Assembly (NCBI GenBank): GCA_043798915.1
Contig: JAZDOG010000055.1
Span: 1 to 54,193, forward strand
DNA length: 54,193 nucleotides
Direction: 5' to 3'
Source: Pseudomonadota bacterium
Lineage (GTDB): Bacteria > UBA10199 > 2-02-FULL-44-16 > JAAZCA01
Within the stretch, counting starts at the first letter, position 1, and each line of letters begins with the position of its first letter. The notes under the pieces are model-generated. The model saw only the letters and a program-made list of their open reading frames with translations, was not told where the DNA came from and searched no databases. Of this stretch, positions 47,001 through 54,193 are shown piece by piece. Made by a program: the position numbers and the translations under genes.

Positions 47001-48209
47001 ATGGCAAAGATAAAGGTGACGCGGCCGTTGGTGGAGATGGACGGCGACGAGATGACCCGGATCATCTGGCAGATGATCAAGGAAGAACTCATCCATCCGT
47101 GTCTCGATGTCGAGCTCAAGTATTATGACCTGGGCCTCAAGCATCGCGACGATACGGACGACCGGGTGACGGTCGATGCCGCCGAGGCGATCAAGGAGTT
47201 CGGCGTCGGCGTCAAGTGCGCGACGATCACGCCGGATGCCGAACGAGTCACTGAGTACAAGCTCAAAAAGGCATGGTCGTCGCCCAACGGGACGATAAGG
47301 GGGATTTTGGACGGCACGGTCTTCCGCAAGCCGATCATGACGAAGAACATTCAGCCCGCGGTGCGCAGCTGGAAAAAACCCATCGTGATTGGCCGTCATG
47401 CCTATGGAGATATTTACAAGTGCCAGGAGTTCGTCGTGCCCGGACCGGGGAAGGCGGAGTTGGTCTTCACGCCTGCCGGCAGCGGCGAGGCGACGCGCCT
47501 CACGGTCCACGAGTTCAAGGGGCCCGGCGTCACCATGGGGATCCACAATACGGAGAAGTCGATCCGTTCGTTTGCAAAGGCGTGCATCAACTATGCCGTC
47601 TCCGAGAAGGTCGATCTCTGGTTTGGCACGAAGGACACTATCAGCAAGAAGTACGACGCCTACTTCAAGGATATCTTCGGCGAGGAGGTCGGCAAGGCAA
47701 AGGCGGAGTTCGAGAGGGCCAGCATCTCCTACCGTTATCTCCTGATCGATGATGCCGTGGCTCAGATCATGAAGCACGAGGGTGGAATCCTCTGGGCGTG
47801 CCGCAACTACGACGGCGACATCTTCTCCGACATGGTTGCAGCCGGCTTCGGCAGCCTGGGGATGATGACTTCGGTGCTCGTTTCGCCCGACGGCAAGTTC
47901 GAGTACGAGGCGGCGCACGGCACGGTCAGGAGGCACTACTACGAGCACCAGAAGGGCAACCAGACGAGCACGAACTCCGTCGCCTCAATCTTCGCGTGGA
48001 CCGGCGCGCTCAGGAAACGCGGCGAGCTGGACAATACACCCGATGTCGTCCGCTTCGCCTCCACGCTCGAGCGAGCGGTCATCGGCTGCATCGAGTCCGG
48101 CATAGTGACGAAGGACCTGATGAGGCTCGTGACGCCCGCATCGGACAAATACGAGACGACAGAAGGATTCATCAAACAGGTCGCGGCGAAGCTCAAGTCG
48201 GCACTGTAA
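47001..48209 (+). CDS. icd: NADP-dependent isocitrate dehydrogenase (type II)
   Basis: [28 protein letters not shown] and EAAHGTV motifs. Confidence 0.95.
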   Translation: MAKIKVTRPLVEMDGDEMTRIIWQMIKEELIHPCLDVELKYYDLGLKHRDDTDDRVTVDAAEAIKEFGVGVKCATITPDAERVTEYKLKKAWSSPNGTIRGILDGTVFRKPIMTKNIQPAVRSWKKPIVIGRHAYGDIYKCQEFVVPGPGKAELVFTPAGSGEATRLTVHEFKGPGVTMGIHNTEKSIRSFAKACINYAVSEKVDLWFGTKDTISKKYDAYFKDIFGEEVGKAKAEFERASISYRYLLIDDAVAQIMKHEGGILWACRNYDGDIFSDMVAAGFGSLGMMTSVLVSPDGKFEYEAAHGTVRRHYYEHQKGNQTSTNSVASIFAWTGALRKRGELDNTPDVVRFASTLERAVIGCIESGIVTKDLMRLVTPASDKYETTEGFIKQVAAKLKSAL

Positions 48210-48228
48210 TCAATAGACCGGAGGTCGT

Positions 48229-49521
48229 ATGGCACAGCGAGGTATCCGCGAATACGATGCAAAGAGGATGCTTGCAACAGAGCTTCCCCGATTCCTCGGC
48301 GGCAAATTCGCATATGAGGGCAAGGCGGCCCTGGTGAAGCCGGACACGGATCTCGATGCCCTGGCAAAGGCCCTGCCGTGGCTCGCCAAGACAAAGCTCG
48401 TGGTCAAACCCGACCAGCTCTTCGGCAAGCGCGGCAAGCACGGGCTCCTCTTGATCAACGCGGATTGGGACGCCGCCAGAAAATGGATCGGCGAGAGGAT
48501 GAATAAAGAGACTTCCGTCGGCAAGGTCTCTGGCAAACTCACGCACTTCCTCGTCGAGCCCTTCACGCCGCACGACGAGAGCGAAGAGTTCTATGTCGCT
48601 ATCCGCGACGAGCGCGAGCGCGATATCATCTACTTTTCGATGAAGGGCGGCATCTTCGTAGAAGAGAACTGGGACAAGGTGGTGCAGATCCCGGTTCCGA
48701 TAAATGGGGATATCGAGAAGATCGATATCTCATCGAGTTTCAAGGATCTTGGCGATCGCCGGGAAAAGGTCCTGGCATTCGTCAAGGCTCTCTACAAATT
48801 CTACGCCGAGAACGGTTTTTCATATCTCGAGATAAATCCATTCACATTCTCGGTAGACGACGACATCGTTCCGCTGGATCTCGTCGCGAAGGTGGACGAC
48901 ACGGCTGTGTTCGACTGCCGCAAGGTCTGGGGCGATCTCGAGTTTCCGAAGGCCTTCGGCACGGCCTCCACGAAGGAAGAGGAGTACGTGAAACTCCTGG
49001 ACGAGCAGAGCGGGGCGTCGCTCAAGCTCACGGTCTTGAACCCGAAGGGCAGGGTCTGGACGATGGTCGCCGGCGGCGGGGCTTCGGTCATATATGCCGA
49101 CACGGTCTGCGACTTGGGGGCGGCGAAGGAACTCGCAAACTACGGCGAGTATTCCGGCGACCCGTCGACGGAGCTCACCTGCAATTACGCAAAGACGCTC
49201 CTCGATCTCATGACGAGGGAGAAGGACCCGAGGGGCAAGGTGCTCCTGATCGGCGGCGGGATCGCAAACTTCACCGACGTCGCGAAGACGTTCACGGGGA
49301 TCATACAGGCGCTCACCGAATACAGGCAGAAGCTCATCGACAACAAGGTGAAGATCTACGTCCGCCGCGGCGGCCCGAATTACAAAGAGGGGCTCGCGAA
49401 GATGCGCAAGCTGGGCGAGACGCTCGGCGTTCCGATCGAAGTCTACGGGCCGGAGACGCATATGACAAAAATAGTCAGCCTCGCGTTGAAAGGGGTGGAG
49501 CCAGTCCCCTCCCCTTTGTAA
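48229..49521 (+). CDS. aclB: ATP citrate lyase beta subunit
   Basis: KPDQLFGKRGK, WTMVAGGGASV, ANYGEYSG, GGGIANFT and RRGGPNY motifs. Confidence 0.93.
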   Translation: MAQRGIREYDAKRMLATELPRFLGGKFAYEGKAALVKPDTDLDALAKALPWLAKTKLVVKPDQLFGKRGKHGLLLINADWDAARKWIGERMNKETSVGKVSGKLTHFLVEPFTPHDESEEFYVAIRDERERDIIYFSMKGGIFVEENWDKVVQIPVPINGDIEKIDISSSFKDLGDRREKVLAFVKALYKFYAENGFSYLEINPFTFSVDDDIVPLDLVAKVDDTAVFDCRKVWGDLEFPKAFGTASTKEEEYVKLLDEQSGASLKLTVLNPKGRVWTMVAGGGASVIYADTVCDLGAAKELANYGEYSGDPSTELTCNYAKTLLDLMTREKDPRGKVLLIGGGIANFTDVAKTFTGIIQALTEYRQKLIDNKVKIYVRRGGPNYKEGLAKMRKLGETLGVPIEVYGPETHMTKIVSLALKGVEPVPSPL

Positions 49522-49595
49522 GGGGAGGGTCAGGGTGGGGTAGATCATGCAGATAAATTGTCTGCCTCCCCCGCCCCCTCCTTACAAAGGAGGGG
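49507..49595 (+). repeat. REP/BIME-like element, family A, copy 4 (contains the aclB stop)
   Basis: CCCTCCCCTTTGTAAGGGGAGGGTCAGGGTGGGGTAGAT...CCCCTCCTTACAAAGGAGGGG. Confidence 0.9.
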
Positions 49596-49622
49596 AGATT
49601 ATAAAAATTAACAGGAGATACT

Positions 49623-51461
49623 ATGAATTCCGCCGAGCTTTTTACAAAGGATACCACATCGTTCGTCTACGGATATCAGCAGAACGCGATCCAGCGCATG
49701 CTCGATTTCGACTTCGCCTGCGGGCGGAAGGAGCCTTCCGTCGCGGCGATAATCAACCCTTCGCGGGCCGGCTGGCACAAGGCATTCTACGGCGCGAAGG
49801 AGATCCTGCTTCCGATGTACAAGACGCTCGGCGAGGCGACGAAGAAACATCCGAAGGCCGACGTCGTGGTGAACTTCTCGTCGCAGCGCTCGGCGTTTTC
49901 TACGACCATGGAGGCCCTGTGCAATTCGAACATCAGGACGATCGCGGTGATCGCGGAGGGCGTGCCGGAGAGGAAGAGCAGGATCCTGGCTGCGGCGGCG
50001 AAGGAAAAGGGGAAGGTCATCATAGGGCCGGCCACGGTCGGAGGCATCAAGGCCGGCTGCTTCAAGATTGGAAATACCGCTGGCACGATCGACAACATCG
50101 CCGAGTCGAAGCTCTTCAGGCCCGGCAGCGTCGGCTTCGTTTCGAAATCCGGCGGCCTCTCGAACGAGTGCTACAACATCATAGCCAGGAATTCGGACGG
50201 GCTCTATGAGGGCATAGCGATCGGCGGCGACGCATATCCCGGCTCGACGCTCCTGGATCACATCCTGCGCTATGAGAGGATCCCGGAAGTAAAAATGATC
50301 GCGGCGCTCGGCGAGATCGGCGGGACGGAGGAGCTCAAGATCGTCGAGGTCCTCAAAGAGAAGAAGATCAAGAAGCCGCTCGTCATATGGGTGACCGGCA
50401 CCTGCTCCAAGATGTTCCCGGCCGGCGTGCAGTTCGGCCACGCCGGCGCCAAGGCCGACACGGCCCTCGAGACCGCCGACGCCAAGAACTCCGCGCTGAA
50501 AGAAGCGGGGGCTGTCGTCCCCAATTCGTTCGACGACTACGGCGAGGCGATAAAGAGGACCTTCGACAGGCTCGTTGCGGACGGCGTCATAAAGCCAGCC
50601 CCCGAGGTCCCGGCCCCGAAATTCCCGATGGACTACGCGCAGGCGATGAAGGAGGGCGCGATAAGGAAGCCCGCTTCGTTTATCTGCACGATCTCCAACG
50701 ACAAGGGAGACGAGCTCCTCTACGGCGACATGCCGATATCCAAGGTCATGGGCGAGGACATCGGGATCGGCGGCGTGATCGGCCTTTTGTGGTTCAAGCG
50801 CCACCTCCCAAAATTTGCCACGAAGTATCTCGAACGGGTCCTGATGCTCACGGCCGACCACGGCCCGGCGGTCTCCGGCGCGCACAACGCGATCGTCACC
50901 GCGCGCGCTGGCAAGGACATCATCTCGTCGCTGGTCTCGGGGCTCCTGACGATCGGCCCGCGCTTCGGCGGCGCCATCGACGGCGCTGCGCAGAACTTCA
51001 AGCGCGCCTTTGAATCGAATCTCGCGCCGGAGAAGTTCGTGAACGAGATGAAGGTGAAGGGCGAGAATATCCCCGGGATCGGGCATCTCGTGAAGAGCGT
51101 CACCAATCCCGATATGCGCGTGACGCAGCTCAAGGGCTTCGTGAAAGAGAGCTTTCCAGAGACCCGGCTCCTCAATTATGCGCTGGAGGTCGAGGCGATC
51201 ACCACGCAGAAGAAGGGGACGCTGATCCTGAATGTCGACGGCTGCATCGGCATCACGTTCGTCGATCTGCTCTGGTCGATGCCGGACCTCTTTACGAAAG
51301 AACAGGTCGACGAGATAATCGATATGGGGTGCTTGAACGCCCTCTTCGTGGTGGGGAGGTCGATCGGCATCTTCGGACACGTCTTCGACCAGAAGCGCCT
51401 GCGCCAGCCCCTCTGGCGCGTGCCATACGACGATATCGCGTATATGACGGATGTGAAGTGA
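49623..51461 (+). CDS. aclA: ATP citrate lyase alpha subunit
   Basis: [15 protein letters not shown], phospho-His motif [23 protein letters not shown] and LNVDG. Confidence 0.94.
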   Translation: MNSAELFTKDTTSFVYGYQQNAIQRMLDFDFACGRKEPSVAAIINPSRAGWHKAFYGAKEILLPMYKTLGEATKKHPKADVVVNFSSQRSAFSTTMEALCNSNIRTIAVIAEGVPERKSRILAAAAKEKGKVIIGPATVGGIKAGCFKIGNTAGTIDNIAESKLFRPGSVGFVSKSGGLSNECYNIIARNSDGLYEGIAIGGDAYPGSTLLDHILRYERIPEVKMIAALGEIGGTEELKIVEVLKEKKIKKPLVIWVTGTCSKMFPAGVQFGHAGAKADTALETADAKNSALKEAGAVVPNSFDDYGEAIKRTFDRLVADGVIKPAPEVPAPKFPMDYAQAMKEGAIRKPASFICTISNDKGDELLYGDMPISKVMGEDIGIGGVIGLLWFKRHLPKFATKYLERVLMLTADHGPAVSGAHNAIVTARAGKDIISSLVSGLLTIGPRFGGAIDGAAQNFKRAFESNLAPEKFVNEMKVKGENIPGIGHLVKSVTNPDMRVTQLKGFVKESFPETRLLNYALEVEAITTQKKGTLILNVDGCIGITFVDLLWSMPDLFTKEQVDEIIDMGCLNALFVVGRSIGIFGHVFDQKRLRQPLWRVPYDDIAYMTDVK

Positions 51462-51481
51462 GCGACGCATGATCCTTCGTT

Positions 51482-51647
51482 GTAACTATTCAGGCGCCTG
51501 TGTCTCTTTTCCCTCTCCCTTGAGGGGAGAGGGTCGGGGTGAGGGTGGCAGTGGCAACCGGGTTAAAAAATCGCAGGGTCACCCTCCCTCTGACTCCCTC
51601 CCATCAAGGGAGGGAGAATTTCGAAAGATGCACTGCTGAATAGTTAC
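51482..51647. mobile_element. MITE-like element (166 bp) with 12-bp TIRs, carrying a REP-like pair
   Basis: GTAACTATTCAG ... CTGAATAGTTAC; flanked by CCTTCGTT / TCTTCGTT; internal CCCTCTCCC...GGGAGAGGG...GGGGTGAGGG hairpins. Confidence 0.7.
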
Positions 51648-51717
51648 TCTTCGTTTATTGAATTGAATAGTGAACGATACTCGGCTTATACTCTGATTTC
51701 AGAAGAGGGGAGGGAAT

Positions 51718-51972
51718 ATGGGACAAAAAATGACGTGGGAAGAGATGAAAAAGGCATTTCCGGATGAGTGGATTGCGGTAGTCAACTACACTTCGAACGA
51801 GGCGGGCGATGTCGATGGCGATGTTGTATATCATTCAAACAACAAAGATGATTTCTATCGCGATCTCGAAAAACTCGTAAAGAAATATGGCGACGTCGCT
51901 ATGGAATACACTGGTGAGCGCATAAAAAATCCGGAGATTCCTCTTCTATGGCAGATTTCACATACAGCTTAG
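51718..51972 (+). CDS. Small hypothetical protein (DUF5678-like partner of aspartyl protease)
   Basis: GAGGGGAGG RBS; FPDEWIAV...G.VV.H pattern; overlaps the next gene. Confidence 0.7.
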   Translation: MGQKMTWEEMKKAFPDEWIAVVNYTSNEAGDVDGDVVYHSNNKDDFYRDLEKLVKKYGDVAMEYTGERIKNPEIPLLWQISHTA

Positions 51973-52328
51973 ACAAGCGGCTCATTCTCGTGCCTGTTAC
52001 GCTTCATAGCCCAACAGGTGTTGTTAGAGCTAGATTCATACTGGATACAGGGGCTTCCTCTACAATTGTTGATTACCGCGTTGCCAAAACAATCGGCTAT
52101 ACATCAATGAATGCTCTCGCGCCTTCCCAAGTCAGCTCTGCTGTGGGGAAGGAAGAAGGTTTCAGAATTCAAATTGCCGCTTTTGAGACCTTGGGAAAAC
52201 GGCTCGAGAATTTTGATATTGCCTGTCATGCCCTTTTGGAGCAAGGGGTCGAAGGCCTCGTCGGTATGAGTTTTCTTGAGAGATATGATTTCTGCATCTA
52301 TCCATCAAAGCGGATGATTCGGATATAG
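51948..52328 (+). CDS. Clan AA (retropepsin-like) aspartic protease
   Basis: FILDTGAS and GLVGMSFL motifs. Confidence 0.85.
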   Translation: MADFTYSLDKRLILVPVTLHSPTGVVRARFILDTGASSTIVDYRVAKTIGYTSMNALAPSQVSSAVGKEEGFRIQIAAFETLGKRLENFDIACHALLEQGVEGLVGMSFLERYDFCIYPSKRMIRI

Positions 52329-52394
52329 GGACACCCGCTTCGCAATTTTCATCCCCGCAGGAGAGCGTTTCTTGACCCGGATTGTGTTTGTTTG

Positions 52395-52433
52395 TTGACA
52401 TTTTATAGTGCATATTGCATAATATATTGTGCA
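52395..52433 (+). promoter_or_regulatory. Sigma-70 promoter with overlapping palindromic operator
   Basis: TTGACA-N17-CATAAT; TGCATAATA/TATTGTGCA palindrome over the -10 box. Confidence 0.65.
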
Positions 52434-52452
52434 TGATTGGGAGGTGGTTGTT

Positions 52453-53046
52453 ATGCCATATGCGCGATATATTCTTGATGATAAAAGGTTTTTAGCCAAG
52501 CTGCGCGCGTTGGGCTTCAAGGGCGTTTTTGATTTTGCGGCCTCCAAAGGGATACACCGCAATACCGTGAGTCTTTATCTCAAAGGCGCCTGTGCGTTTT
52601 CCTCGGCATTTGACCGGATAGCGCGCGCCGTGGGCGCAGACCCGCTGGAGATAATTCATCCCGCCATGGAAGCATCTGCTGAAATAGAAGATCTCGATGA
52701 GATTGCGTCCGTCGTTTCTTTTCTGACGAGGCGCGACCACAAGGTCGCTTGCATGCTCCTGGGATCCAGGGCGATGAAGAAGGGCCGCGTTCATGCTGAT
52801 TGGGACATCGGCATCACACGTGGAGGGAAGCCTATCGGCGGAGATGAATATCTGGACCTCCGTGTCGGCGTGAGCGATATCGCTGAAAATCTTCCGCACG
52901 GCGTCGATCTCATCAACCTCGATGCCGCGCCTGCCTGGTTTCTGGAAGGAATCAAATACGATCCTATTTTTCTTGACGGCGATCGCGAGAGCTTCATCCA
53001 TTTTCAGGGGGTGTTGAATGGGATCAAAAAAAACATCGCCGCTTGA
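52453..53046 (+). CDS. HTH-fused minimal nucleotidyltransferase (MNT antitoxin)
   Basis: N-terminal HTH-like FAASKGIHRNTVSLY; LGSRA...ADWDI and VDLINL motifs. Confidence 0.8.
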   Translation: MPYARYILDDKRFLAKLRALGFKGVFDFAASKGIHRNTVSLYLKGACAFSSAFDRIARAVGADPLEIIHPAMEASAEIEDLDEIASVVSFLTRRDHKVACMLLGSRAMKKGRVHADWDIGITRGGKPIGGDEYLDLRVGVSDIAENLPHGVDLINLDAAPAWFLEGIKYDPIFLDGDRESFIHFQGVLNGIKKNIAA

Positions 53047-53383
53047 CAAGGCCGTCCTGCATCTGGTGGATGCCCTCGCGATCTACGACAAGAATGCCAG
53101 CGACGAGCTTGCGTTCCTGACCGTCTCGAAGGCGTTCGAGGTGCTCGTCGAATACGGCTGGCGAGAACTCAAACGGAGGGTAGAGGATGAAGGGCTTGAA
53201 GTGCAGTCCCCGAAGGAGGCAATCCGGGAGGCGGCGAGGTTGAAAATTATCTCTGACCCCGAAAAATGGATCAAAGCAGTTGAAAACAGAAATGCAAGCG
53301 TGCACGATTATTTCGGGATTGGAGAAGAGTCATTCATTAAAATCGTTCGCGGTTTTTTGAAGCTCGCAAAGATGATCATCTGA
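53018..53383 (+). CDS. HEPN-domain protein (HI0074 nucleotidyltransferase substrate-binding family)
   Basis: FE...E..W..LK, SPKEAIREA and RNASVHDY (RX4H) motifs. Confidence 0.85.
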   Translation: MGSKKTSPLDKAVLHLVDALAIYDKNASDELAFLTVSKAFEVLVEYGWRELKRRVEDEGLEVQSPKEAIREAARLKIISDPEKWIKAVENRNASVHDYFGIGEESFIKIVRGFLKLAKMII

Positions 53384-53389
53384 ATTCAC

Positions 53390-53791
53390 TCAGCGCCATT
53401 CCCTTTTGATAATCTCGCGGATCCTTCTGTGCCTCGACGGGCCCTGGCAGCCGTAGACCTTGCGGCATTCGTGGGGTTTGACTGGATGGATGTCGCAGAG
53501 GCCCTTCGCGTTTAAGAAGATGCACGCTTTAGATTTGGGTTTCTGCACAGGTGACAGGGCGAGGATGCCATCTTCAAGGTGCTCGGCGCAGTATTTCGCC
53601 ACGAACTCCTTCTCGGACAACTTCAAAAACTTCGCCGCCACGCCGATCTCGTCGGGCAAAAACCACCCCGGCTCGCGCCTGCAGCACTCGCGGCACTTCT
53701 CGCAGGAACACCCTTTTTTGCGTGACGCGTGACGCCTGCCCGCCGATGGTTTAGTGGCGGGCGCGACGCATGACGCGAATTTCGAAGGCAT
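53390..53791 (-). CDS. YkgJ family cysteine-cluster protein
   Basis: CEKCRECC ... CIFL...GLCDIHPVKPHEC pattern. Confidence 0.8.
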   Translation of the reverse strand: MPSKFASCVAPATKPSAGRRHASRKKGCSCEKCRECCRREPGWFLPDEIGVAAKFLKLSEKEFVAKYCAEHLEDGILALSPVQKPKSKACIFLNAKGLCDIHPVKPHECRKVYGCQGPSRHRRIREIIKREWR

Positions 53792-53793
53792 CG

Positions 53794-54193
53794 TCAGCCC
53801 CTCTCGCCGAATATCGCGGTCCCCACGCGGACGATCGTGGCGTCCTCTTCGATCGCGACCTCCAGGTCGTGGCTCATGCCCATTGAGAGCTCGGCAAGGG
53901 GCGCGGGGAGCGAGTCATTGAGCTTCTTGAGCTCCTTGAAATAGGGCCTGCTCTTTTCCGGATCGGGGTCGTAGGGTGGTATGATCATGAGGCCGCGGAG
54001 GTTGAGGTGCCCAAGCGTTGCTAAATGTGAAGCGAGCGCTGCGATTCCCGACGGGGCGATGCCGGACTTCGTAGTCTCATCCCCGATGTTGACCTCGATC
54101 AGGCAATCGATCCGCCGCGCCGCCCTGCGGTCTATCGCCTCGGCAAGTTCCACGGAATCCACGGCCTCGACGCAGGCGGCGACCGGGGCTACC
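53794..54193 (-). CDS. yggS: YggS family PLP homeostasis protein (5'-truncated by window end)
   Basis: IEVNIG.E..KSG, GLM.IPP, LSMGMS.D and VRVGTAIFG motifs; frame open to the window edge. Confidence 0.92.
   Translation of the reverse strand, partial: VAPVAACVEAVDSVELAEAIDRRAARRIDCLIEVNIGDETTKSGIAPSGIAALASHLATLGHLNLRGLMIIPPYDPDPEKSRPYFKELKKLNDSLPAPLAELSMGMSHDLEVAIEEDATIVRVGTAIFGERG

Overview
A 54-kb, GC-rich bacterial chromosome segment. Gene content (carD-ispD-ispF-cysS, amgK-murU, FHA/TPR/PEGA membrane proteins, sigma-54 promoters) suggests a deltaproteobacteria-like lineage; this is inference, not a placement. Housekeeping and metabolic genes include a multi-LysM lytic transglycosylase, acs, a lysine-fermentation cluster (kdd-kamA-kamD-kamE), amgK/murU, rlmE, tRNA-Phe, carD-ispD-ispF-cysS-uvrB, a porin, recN, a PmbA-like protein, a PP2C phosphatase, an M23 peptidase, an FHA/TPR/PEGA cluster, and an Ldh_2 dehydrogenase-aconitase-IDH-ATP citrate lyase (aclBA) operon. 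Accessory content includes three toxin-antitoxin-like pairs and an islet next to tRNA-Phe. Main unusual observations: (1) a recent tandem duplication created an intact chimeric gene, a dehydrogenase N-terminus fused to a TM-PEGA-TPR body, which also gained a copy of the parent's sigma-54 promoter; (2) three copies of an exactly spaced ACGCAACT/GCAA-N15-GCCGATA sigma-28-like motif, two of which fire into intergenic DNA, one holding a candidate pseudoknotted small RNA; (3) a near-palindromic REP-like element supplies stop codons and Shine-Dalgarno sequences inside operons; (4) an AAA-ATPase gene is bracketed by identical 36-bp repeats; (5) a MITE has 12-bp TIRs and a target-site duplication; (6) KamE carries an Arg/Gly-rich tail. 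All calls come from motif recognition by eye; no database searches were run.
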